Positions 9,406 through 17,090 of a stretch of DNA of 64,000 nt are shown piece by piece. The notes below the pieces were generated by a model, which saw only the letters and a program-made list of their open reading frames with translations, had not been told where the DNA came from and did no database searches. Every line of letters begins with the position of its first letter. The stretch's first letter is position 1. Made by a program: the position numbers and the translations under genes. This stretch comes from Clostridia bacterium (GTDB lineage Bacteria; Bacillota; Clostridia; CAKSNL01; HGM11501): contig JAFQQJ010000040.1 in the NCBI GenBank assembly GCA_017411325.1, forward strand, positions 133,659-197,658, in the 5' to 3' direction.

Positions 9406-10194
9406 ATGCAAATAGGTGCACAGCTTTACACCTTGTTTCGTCAGACAAACACACTCGAAGGTTTTGAAACCTGCCTTAAGAAAGTTGCCGGAATGGGATA
9501 TAAGGTAGTTCAGGTTTCAGGAACCTGCGCTTATGAACCCGAGTGGCTTCGTGACAAGCTTGCGGAAAACAACTTAAAATGCGTTATCACCCACATCGAC
9601 ACTAAGAGGATTTCAGAGGAAACCGAAAAGGTTGTCTCTGAACACAGAATTTTCGGATGCAACCACATAGGCATCGGCGGTATGCCCAATGAAATGAGAG
9701 GAAGCCTTGAGGGATACAAAGAATTTAAGAAAATCTTTCTTCCTGCCGCCCTTAAAATGCGTGATATGGGCGCAAAGCTTATGTATCACAACCATTGGTT
9801 TGAATTTGATAAGCTCGACGGTCTTGATGTAATTGAGCGCCTTGCTGAAGACTTTCCCGAGGATGCTTTAGGCTTTACCTTAGATTTAGGATGGGCAGCT
9901 TTTGCCAAAAGCGATGTAGTTAAGCTTATATGCGACCTTAAGGGACGCCTTCCCATGATTCACTTAAAGGACTATAAAGATCTTCCCGAGGACGGAAGAT
10001 TCAATAACGTTCCCGTTTATCTTCGCCCCATATACGAAGGTATACTTGATTATGACGCGTACATAAACGCTCTTAAAGGGGCAGGATGCGAATATGCCCT
10101 TGTTGAGCAGGACTTCACCTATGACGAAGATCCATTTGATTGCCTTAAAAGAAGCTTTGACAATGTAACAAATAAATTCCCCGAAATGAAATAA
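9406..10194 (+). CDS. sugar phosphate isomerase/epimerase (xylose-isomerase-like TIM barrel)
   Basis: 262 aa. The ATG at 9406 follows AAGGAGG. The pattern is HNHWFEF...LDLGW...IHLKD...EQD. Confidence 0.7.
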   Translation: MQIGAQLYTLFRQTNTLEGFETCLKKVAGMGYKVVQVSGTCAYEPEWLRDKLAENNLKCVITHIDTKRISEETEKVVSEHRIFGCNHIGIGGMPNEMRGSLEGYKEFKKIFLPAALKMRDMGAKLMYHNHWFEFDKLDGLDVIERLAEDFPEDALGFTLDLGWAAFAKSDVVKLICDLKGRLPMIHLKDYKDLPEDGRFNNVPVYLRPIYEGILDYDAYINALKGAGCEYALVEQDFTYDEDPFDCLKRSFDNVTNKFPEMK

Positions 10195-10210
10195 GAAAAG
10201 GAGTATTTAT

Positions 10211-11281
10211 ATGAAAGTAATTAACTTAGCTATCGTTGGTATAGGAAGAATCGGCTGGCCTATGGCAAACGGAGAAATCAGCAAATATTATTCCGATAAG
10301 TATAAAATTGTTGCAGCCTGCGACCTTGTTGAAGAACGCCGGAACAGAATGGCAAACACCTTTGGATGTAAGACATATTCCGAATATGAAGAAATGCTCA
10401 AGCAGGATGACATTGATATAGTTTATGTCGCAACACGCTCCTGCGACCACCACAAGCACGCTCTTATGGCTCTTAAGGCAGGAAAGGATGTTCTTCTTGA
10501 AAAGCCCGCAACTATTTCCTATGAAGAAATTCTTGACTTATATAAGTATGCAAATAAAGAAGGAACTCCGAAGCTTTATGTTCATCAGCAGAGACGTTTT
10601 GAAGATGCATTCATGAAAGTTATGGACATAGTAAATTCAGGGAAGCTTGGAAAGATTTATGAAATCAACACCGAGCAGAATGACTTCCAGCACAGAGATG
10701 ACTGGCAGACAATTTCCGAGTTTGGTGGCGGACAGCTTCTTAACTGGGGCCCTCACATCATTGACCAGTCCCTTAAGCTTTTAGGCACATCCTCCTTTGA
10801 AATGCAGAGCTATCTTCATCACGTAGCAGCAGGCGGTGATTGCGAAGACCATTTGCGCATCCGTTTTATCGGTGACAATGACAGAGTTGTCAATATGTGC
10901 ATAAGCGGCGGTATGGCAATAAACCGCGGCAGATATTACCAGGTTTACGGTGACAGAGGTGCCGCTTTCTTCAATAACGAAAAAATCAGACTTCGTTATA
11001 TCGATCCTGCGCAGGAAGTTCCCGAAATAATTTCAAGCCCTGAAACTCCCGGTGCCGCTTTCGGAAAAACCGGAACTTACGAATCCTCATTCACCATCAA
11101 TTGGATAGAAGAAGAAATTGAGGCTGTTGCAGGCGGAACTACTATGGCAAGCTTCTGGCAGTATCTTTACGATTCTTATGTAAACGGTGATGAGTTCCCC
11201 ATTACCGACGAAGACATCTTATCTATTATGAGAACAATCAGCGCGGTTAAGGCACAGAATAAGCACATAATGAACCACTGA
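10211..11281 (+). CDS. Gfo/Idh/MocA-family oxidoreductase
   Basis: 356 aa with the Rossmann motif LAIVGIGRIG and the EKP motif (LLEKPA). It lies 17 nt after the preceding gene. Confidence 0.8.
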   Translation: MKVINLAIVGIGRIGWPMANGEISKYYSDKYKIVAACDLVEERRNRMANTFGCKTYSEYEEMLKQDDIDIVYVATRSCDHHKHALMALKAGKDVLLEKPATISYEEILDLYKYANKEGTPKLYVHQQRRFEDAFMKVMDIVNSGKLGKIYEINTEQNDFQHRDDWQTISEFGGGQLLNWGPHIIDQSLKLLGTSSFEMQSYLHHVAAGGDCEDHLRIRFIGDNDRVVNMCISGGMAINRGRYYQVYGDRGAAFFNNEKIRLRYIDPAQEVPEIISSPETPGAAFGKTGTYESSFTINWIEEEIEAVAGGTTMASFWQYLYDSYVNGDEFPITDEDILSIMRTISAVKAQNKHIMNH

Positions 11282-11295
11282 TTTTAAGACAAATA

Positions 11296-11323
11296 AAAAG
11301 TCAGGCAATGCCTGACTTTTTTA
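11296..11323. terminator. bidirectional intrinsic terminator
   Basis: The sequence is aaaaagtcaggc-aa-tgcctgactttttt. Confidence 0.75.
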
Positions 11324-12010
11324 TTCGTCTTTTAAGTTTACTTTAGGAAGGCTCCAGCGGTAGTACGTTGCAAGAAGCCTTATGGCAACAACCGCTGCTA
11401 TCGCAACTGTCGATGCCAGTGTGACGTTTATTCCCGAGAGGAAATAATACAAAAGTCCGCCTGCAATTGAAGCAAGGGCGTAAACGTGCTTTTTAAGCAC
11501 ATAGGGTGTGGTATCGGTTAATATGTCGCGGAAAATACCGCCGCCCACACCGGTTATCATACCAAGAAGCACCGGTATAAAGAAATTATCGGAATACCCT
11601 GCCGTAATGGCAACCTCTGCTCCCGTAACGGTAAAAGCCGCAAGACCTGCTGCATCAAATATGTTATTTATATGCTCTATCTTACCCTTTACGGAATCAA
11701 ATTTTTCGCGCATTATATAAGCAACCAGAAAAACCAGAAGAGACACCGCTATCGCAAGAGCTATCCACATAAGATTGGTAAACGCCGAGGGAGGAGTTTT
11801 CCCAAGAAGAATGTCCCTCAGTATTCCTCCGCCAACAGCGGTCACAGCTCCAATAAAAGTTACCCCGAAAAGGTCCAGTCCTGCACCTATTGCAACCAGA
11901 GCCCCCGACACCGCAAAGGCGACGGTCCCCGCAATTTCAAGTATATATCTTATCCACTCTGTCAAAGCTTTACTTCCTTTCTTCCAATCACAATAAAACC
12001 GTATAGACAA
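11321..12010 (-). CDS. trimeric intracellular cation channel (UPF0126/YadS-like) membrane protein
   Basis: It has two internal repeats with the glycine motifs VTAVGGGILRDILLG and ITGVGGGIFRDILTD. The true start may be the TTG at 11965, which follows AAAGGAAG and would remove the overlap with the GH32 gene. Confidence 0.7.
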   Translation of the reverse strand: MSIRFYCDWKKGSKALTEWIRYILEIAGTVAFAVSGALVAIGAGLDLFGVTFIGAVTAVGGGILRDILLGKTPPSAFTNLMWIALAIAVSLLVFLVAYIMREKFDSVKGKIEHINNIFDAAGLAAFTVTGAEVAITAGYSDNFFIPVLLGMITGVGGGIFRDILTDTTPYVLKKHVYALASIAGGLLYYFLSGINVTLASTVAIAAVVAIRLLATYYRWSLPKVNLKDE

Positions 12011-13094
12011 TTTCTCCGCCGTTTACGAAAACTTCCATTATGTATTCATCGCGGAGAATTTTAATATCGCTTACCTCACCTTTATGAACCACGCTTTCTC
12101 TTCCGGTTCTCCCAATTTCAAAGCCGTCATCGGTCATTTTAAGTAAAGGATCACTGTCTTTAAGCAAGTGATGCACTTCTTCTACGGGATAGCCGTATAT
12201 CTTGCCGTTTTTCGTGAACATCTCGCGTGGTACCGACATACAGCCCACATCTTTTTCGGCATAGCCCTGATAGTCCCATCCGGGAATCCAGGTTATAAGA
12301 AGGCTTCTCCCCTTATGGTCACGGAATATCTGACCTGCATACCGGTCGGGGCCCCTGTCCACGTTTCCGCTTAATTCTGCCTTGAATTTTCCCTTTTCAA
12401 GCTTTCCGTACATCACGTTGAAAAAGTGCTTCCAGTCAGTTTTGCACACCGATGCCGCAAGTAGTATGCACTCTCCCTCGTCAATCAGTGAAGGACATTC
12501 CGCATATACAGAATCATCCCATTCAGCAATTATTCCGCCATAATTCCAGTTAAATAAATCTTCGCTTTCGTATATAAGCAAACGGCCCTTTTTAGTTTCC
12601 TTATGTCCCGTTGCCATAACAAGGCGGTATTTTCCGTCTATAAAGCAAACAGCAGGATCCCTGAAGTCAGGGCCTCCGTCTTCGGGGTAGGTTTTGATAA
12701 CGGGATTTTTTTCATACTTTTCAAAATTGATTCCGTCCTTTGAATATGCAATGCTGACAGACTGAACCGTTCCCGTTGTCACGGATGCGTAAAAAAGATA
12801 AAGCGTATCATCCTTTACGATTGCCGTTCCCGACCAGCAGCCCTCATTGTCATAGGGCTTGTCGGGTGAAAGCGCGACGGGGAGCTCCTCCCAGGAGATA
12901 AAATCCTTTGTTCTTGCGTGCCCCCAATAAACAGCTTCTTTCTTTGGAACTTCAAAGTTAGGACAATGCTGATAGAAAACGTGATAATAGCCGTCAAAAT
13001 AAACAAGACCGTTGGGATCGTTTATCCAACCCTTCTCCGGCTTAAAATGATACTTAAGCTTTTCTGAATAGTTCATAAAATTCACCTTACTCAA
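11988..13094 (-). CDS. glycoside hydrolase family 32 (beta-fructofuranosidase / sucrose-6-phosphate hydrolase-like), compact form
   Basis: GH32 signature blocks are WINDPNGLVYFDGYYHVFYQ, FRDP and the ECP acid/base motif (YAECPSL). At 368 aa its C-terminal part is shorter than usual. Confidence 0.8.
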   Translation of the reverse strand: MSKVNFMNYSEKLKYHFKPEKGWINDPNGLVYFDGYYHVFYQHCPNFEVPKKEAVYWGHARTKDFISWEELPVALSPDKPYDNEGCWSGTAIVKDDTLYLFYASVTTGTVQSVSIAYSKDGINFEKYEKNPVIKTYPEDGGPDFRDPAVCFIDGKYRLVMATGHKETKKGRLLIYESEDLFNWNYGGIIAEWDDSVYAECPSLIDEGECILLAASVCKTDWKHFFNVMYGKLEKGKFKAELSGNVDRGPDRYAGQIFRDHKGRSLLITWIPGWDYQGYAEKDVGCMSVPREMFTKNGKIYGYPVEEVHHLLKDSDPLLKMTDDGFEIGRTGRESVVHKGEVSDIKILRDEYIMEVFVNGGEIVYTVLL

Positions 13095-14328
13095 AAAGAC
13101 CTATATTTTCCCATTCCTTTTTGGGAACCAGCTTTCCGCCTGTAAGCCATACAATATGTGTGGCGTTCCCGTAATTTTCTATATCCGTAAACATCTTCCC
13201 CACACCGCCGAGGGCAACAGATGAAGATGGCTCCGCTTTTATCCTTGAAGTTTTATATAAAAGCCTTGTCAGGCTAAGGCTGTGCTCATCATCTATTGTA
13301 AAGCAACCGTCAAGCATACCTTTCATAACATTATACGCAAGACGCGAAGGGCTTGAGCACGCCAGACCATCCGCAACAGTTCCTTTTCCGAGACCGATAT
13401 CGTATACGCTGACATCGCTCCGTCCCTTTGCCATAGCAAGTGCCATACAGGGCATCTGGGTAGGCTCACCGAAGCAGCAATATACATTGTCGCCAAAGGC
13501 TTTTTTAAGACCGAAGGTTATTCCCCCGGGGCCTCCGCCAACTCCGCAGGGCAGATACACAATTAAAGGATGAGTGCTGTCCACCTTGATTTTCTTCTCC
13601 TTAAGCTGTTTTATAAGGGTTTTATACGCCGTGGAATATCCCAAAAACAAGTCCTTTGAATCCTCATCGTCAATAAAGAAGGTTTCGTCGTCCTTTAAGG
13701 CTTCACTTCTTGCCGTTTTCAACGCGGAGGTGTAATCGCCCTTAAATTCCACAACATTAACCCCGGCTCTCATAAGCTTATCCTTTTTCCACTTTTTTGC
13801 TTCCTCGGACATATAAACCGTAACATCAAAGCCAAGCTTTTTACCGGAAAGCCCGATGCTCATACCGAGATTTCCCGTTGAGCCGACGGATATTTTATAA
13901 TGAGAATAAAATTCCCTGTAATAGAAGCTGTCTATCACGTTATAATTGTCGGTTGTCTTAAGCATACCGTTTTTCATAGCAAGCTCTTCGGCATACTTAA
14001 AAACCGTATATATGCCGCCACGCGCCTTTAATGACCCGCACACCGCCAAGGAATCGTCACGCTTTACATATAAATCGCCCGGTATTTTAACATTTTCTGC
14101 TTTTTCAAGTTCCGCCTTTGTATCTTTTACAAGCTGAAGAGAGGAGTCAATTATTCCCTTTGTTTTCTTTGTTTCGGGAAAAGCAGCACGAACATAGGCT
14201 GAGAAGCGGTTAAGTCTCTCCCACGCATCGTCAATATCCTCCTGGGTAAGAATTTCTTCACCGCTTATTTTGTTGCAGTTAAAAAGCACTTCTTTCGCTT
14301 TCCTCATATCGGATATTATTTTTTCCAT
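13087..14328 (-). CDS. dsdA: D-serine ammonia-lyase (D-serine dehydratase)
   Basis: 413 aa and collinear with E. coli DsdA from memory. Shared blocks are the PLP-lysine block GSLKARGGIY, SVGSTGNLGMSIG, FFIDDEDSKDLFLGYS and YLPCGVGGGPGGITFGLK. Confidence 0.9.
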   Translation of the reverse strand: MEKIISDMRKAKEVLFNCNKISGEEILTQEDIDDAWERLNRFSAYVRAAFPETKKTKGIIDSSLQLVKDTKAELEKAENVKIPGDLYVKRDDSLAVCGSLKARGGIYTVFKYAEELAMKNGMLKTTDNYNVIDSFYYREFYSHYKISVGSTGNLGMSIGLSGKKLGFDVTVYMSEEAKKWKKDKLMRAGVNVVEFKGDYTSALKTARSEALKDDETFFIDDEDSKDLFLGYSTAYKTLIKQLKEKKIKVDSTHPLIVYLPCGVGGGPGGITFGLKKAFGDNVYCCFGEPTQMPCMALAMAKGRSDVSVYDIGLGKGTVADGLACSSPSRLAYNVMKGMLDGCFTIDDEHSLSLTRLLYKTSRIKAEPSSSVALGGVGKMFTDIENYGNATHIVWLTGGKLVPKKEWENIGLFE

Positions 14329-14388
14329 GTAGTTTTCCCCTTTCTAAAATGCCGGACGAACCAGACCATATGCCGAGCTTTTGTAATT

Positions 14389-14443
14389 ATTGCGACACAT
14401 AAGGTTTAGATGCAAACCTTTTTGGTGTCAAGTTCGTGTCAAG
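14389..14443. repeat. 55-bp direct repeat, copy a (upstream of dsdA)
   Basis: The sequence is attgcgacacataaggtttagatgcaaacctttttggtgtcaagttcgtgtcaag. By hand alignment it matches 17678-17732 at 46 of 55 positions. Confidence 0.85.
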
Positions 14444-14538
14444 TTAATACCCAAAAAATTGTTAACCCATTACAAAAATCTTTTGCTTTATCAAGCATTA
14501 TACTTTCTGCCATCTTATCACATCTATTAATTTATTTC

Positions 14539-14730
14539 AGCTAAATTTTGAACTAAAGTTCAAAACTAAATTATCTCATTTCATTCAATAGCTAAATAAC
14601 TCCTTTGGAGTAGCTAAATTAAATTCGCTTTTGTAGCTGACCGCAAGGGCAATTTAGCTACGAAGTAATTTAGCTGAACTTGTTCAATTTAGCTCGCGGT
14701 AGCGAATTTAGCTGCGTTGCCTTGCAACGC
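14539..14730. repeat. word/mini-hairpin array 1 (AGCTAAAT x3, then AATTTAGCT x4)
   Basis: AGCTAAAT occurs at 14539, 14590 and 14612. Its reverse complement AATTTAGCT occurs at 14651, 14667, 14686 and 14705. Different small stem-loops separate the words: ttttgaac-taaa-gttcaaaa, actcc-ttt-ggagt, ac-gaa-gt, gaa-cttg-ttc, cgc-ggta-gcg and gcgttgc-ctt-gcaacgc. Confidence 0.8.
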
Positions 14731-14989
14731 TCGTGTCAAGCCTGGTGAACAGTGAATAATAAGAACCATCACGAAATATAACGAAATCAAAGATTTCTAT
14801 ATTTCGGAGAACCTTGTTATGCTAAAGCATAATATAGACCTACTATTTTTCCCTTAATTTTTCACTGGATTTTCCTTAACCACTTTTCCTTAGAACCCGC
14901 GAGAATACTGAATTTTCTCGCATCCGATAGCATATGTAAATATCAAAATCGGCAAACTATTCTTTTAAATTGTATGGAATTGACACGAG
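14730..14989. repeat. about 250-bp structured repeat element E, copy 1 (MITE-like, 10-bp terminal inverted repeat)
   Basis: It is bounded by ctcgtgtcaa (14730-14739) and ttgacacgag (14980-14989). The interior matches 16769-17072. It contains the nested hairpin cgaaatata-ac-gaaatc-aaa-gatttc-tatatttcg, the hairpins ttatgc/gcataa and gcgagaa/ttctcgc, AGAACC x3 and TTTTCCTTA x3. Confidence 0.75.
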
Positions 14990-14995
14990 TAAAAG

Positions 14996-15739
14996 TTAAT
15001 AATCATAGTGTCCAAACACGCCAATTATATCATAATATTCAAAATGTCGGTCAAAGTCTAAATATAATTCTTCGCCATTCTCCAACTCTGCTACTCCCAA
15101 GTATCCACCGCTTTTAGTAAAATATAATTCATCTGAAAATGTTGGATGTTGTATTCTGTTTAATAATTCTGAATCTGCATAAACAAAGTCCTCATTTTTC
15201 ATTTGTTCTTTAATTTTCTCATCTAAAAAATTACCGCTTGCTACTTCGGATAACCCATTCGTTTCCTGCATATTCATAGCATTATTGTTATAGACCGAAA
15301 TAGTTTCATATAGTCTGACTTTGTTTATTTTCTCCATATACTTTTTGTCGTTTTCAGCAGACCAGATACACATTTCTTCTTTTTTATTTACAAGCTGTAT
15401 TGACTCTATGTTTTCAAATTCATCTTCAATTGCAAAAGAGTATCCGCCATTTCTATTATTAAAACCAAATAGCAAATTTTGCTTTATTCCCAAATAAAGA
15501 ACATTGTCTTTTATTTCATATGTATATCCAATATATGCTGTTGCACTACTTGAAGTATTGCCTATTATATGTACCGTTTCATCAGTAACATAAACTGTTT
15601 CAACACATAAAACATTTGGGCTTTCACACATATCAAACCCCAAAATTTTCCAACCATATCTTGCTGTTAAAAAAATAGCTAACTGCAAAATTAACAGAAT
15701 TGATAAAATAATTACAACTATCTTAAATATTTTCTTCAT
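14996..15739 (-). CDS. hypothetical membrane-anchored protein (islet cassette P1)
   Basis: ORF 14996..15769. The ATG at 15739 (MKKIFKIVVIILSILLILQLAIF) follows GAAAGGAG. It has one N-terminal TM helix, I see no recognisable domain, and the coding sequence is AT-rich. Confidence 0.6.
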   Translation of the reverse strand: MKKIFKIVVIILSILLILQLAIFLTARYGWKILGFDMCESPNVLCVETVYVTDETVHIIGNTSSSATAYIGYTYEIKDNVLYLGIKQNLLFGFNNRNGGYSFAIEDEFENIESIQLVNKKEEMCIWSAENDKKYMEKINKVRLYETISVYNNNAMNMQETNGLSEVASGNFLDEKIKEQMKNEDFVYADSELLNRIQHPTFSDELYFTKSGGYLGVAELENGEELYLDFDRHFEYYDIIGVFGHYDY

Positions 15740-15767
15740 TTGCAATACTCCTTTCGCAATATTCGAC

Positions 15768-15794
15768 ATTGCGAGGCATAAGGTTTAGATGCAA
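15768..15794. repeat. partial copy (left 27 bp) of the 55-bp repeat
   Basis: The sequence is attgcgaggcataaggtttagatgcaa. It overlaps the last codons and stop of cassette P2. Confidence 0.75.
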
Positions 15795-16165
15795 TTAGTT
15801 TTTCGCTTTATAATTAAATGCTTAATTACAAATTCAATCATCATAATTACTAAATAACTAATGCCATAAACAACTGTTGTAATAAAATAAGTTAATTCTC
15901 CTTCCAAATCATACCATATCTGTTTATCGACCAAACTATGATAATATAATTGTCCGTTTATACACATTCCCATCGAAGAAGCTACCAGAATGAGCAAACA
16001 ACCTATCAAAAATTCTTTTCGACTATTGCTTAAAAACAAATTCAAAATTGATACAATAAAAGTCCATATCCAAATTGTTTTCATAAAATCTGTTCCTGCA
16101 CTTCCAAAAACCACACATGGAACTAATATTGAAATGTTTATAACACTTAATAATACTTTTCTCAT
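15785..16165 (-). CDS. hypothetical small polytopic membrane protein (islet cassette P2)
   Basis: ORF 15785..16195. The ATG at 16165 (MRKVLLSVINISILV) follows GAAAGGAG. It has about 4 hydrophobic helices and no recognisable domain. Confidence 0.55.
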   Translation of the reverse strand: MRKVLLSVINISILVPCVVFGSAGTDFMKTIWIWTFIVSILNLFLSNSRKEFLIGCLLILVASSMGMCINGQLYYHSLVDKQIWYDLEGELTYFITTVVYGISYLVIMMIEFVIKHLIIKRKTNCI

Positions 16166-16223
16166 ATCAGCACTCCTTTCGACAAATTTCTCCATATAGT
16201 TCGTGTCAATTCAGGACTAAAAA

Positions 16224-16712
16224 TTATCTATCTGTCAGATAACTCTTTATTTTTTCAGAAGAAACTTTCACAAAATTATTTTTTAATTCTTCATTAGTAA
16301 AATGTATTTCTAAAAATTCTATATCCCTTATTTCTTCTCCATTTCGATAAACAGTTATGGCTCCGCTGCCGGTTGTGCCTCTCCCGGCCGGATATGTACG
16401 AATATATAAAAATTCCTTGTTAAACTGTAAATTCCTTCCGTCCTGACACCATAAATATGTTTGTTTCTCACTATATATACCGTTACAAATAACAACCGTA
16501 TATTCGTTCCCATCATTAAATGCAATATCTATCAAGGGATAATCCAATTGCCCAATTGCTTCATCAATAGGAGTATCATCAACTATCGCATTTTTTTCTA
16601 ATCTAAATTCATATTCTTTTTTTGCATTCTCAAATCCCGTTTGATAAAAAATACCGCTTGCCACAACCGTACAAAACACACATAAAACTATTAAGATTAT
16701 AAATCTTTTCAT
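16224..16712 (-). CDS. hypothetical secreted or anchored protein (islet cassette P3)
   Basis: ORF 16224..16733. The ATG at 16712 (MKRFIILIVLCVFCTVVASG) follows GAAAGGAAAG. It has a signal-like N-terminus and no recognisable domain. Confidence 0.55.
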   Translation of the reverse strand: MKRFIILIVLCVFCTVVASGIFYQTGFENAKKEYEFRLEKNAIVDDTPIDEAIGQLDYPLIDIAFNDGNEYTVVICNGIYSEKQTYLWCQDGRNLQFNKEFLYIRTYPAGRGTTGSGAITVYRNGEEIRDIEFLEIHFTNEELKNNFVKVSSEKIKSYLTDR

Positions 16713-16751
16713 TTCGCACTTTCCTTTCGCCAAAATTCGAGAATCTTATTA

Positions 16752-17072
16752 TTCGTGTCAAATCAGGAGAACAGTGAATAATAAGAACCATCACGAAATA
16801 TAACGAAATCAAAGATTTCTATATTTCGGAGAACCTTGTTACTCCGTAATAAGAACCATCACCCAACACGAAATCAAAGATTTCTATATTTCGGAGAATC
16901 TTGTTATGCTAAAGCATAATATAGACCTACTATTTTTCCCTGATTTTTTCAACTATTTTTCCTTTAACACTTTTCTTAGAACCCTCGAGAATACTGAATT
17001 TTCTCGCATCCGATAGTGTATGTAAATATCAAAATCGGCAAACTAATGTATTAAATTTTATAGACTTGACAC
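16752..17072. repeat. structured repeat element E, copy 2 (with internal tandem duplication of about 60-68 bp)
   Basis: The first 73 nt from gaacagtgaataataagaacc are identical to copy 1, and the rest is similar by eye. The block taataagaaccatcac...cggagaaycttgtta occurs twice, at 16779-16846 and 16847 to about 16906. The element is bounded by ttcgtgtcaa (16752) and ttgacac (17066). Confidence 0.75.
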
Positions 17073-17090
17073 ACTGCATACTTTATCTTA

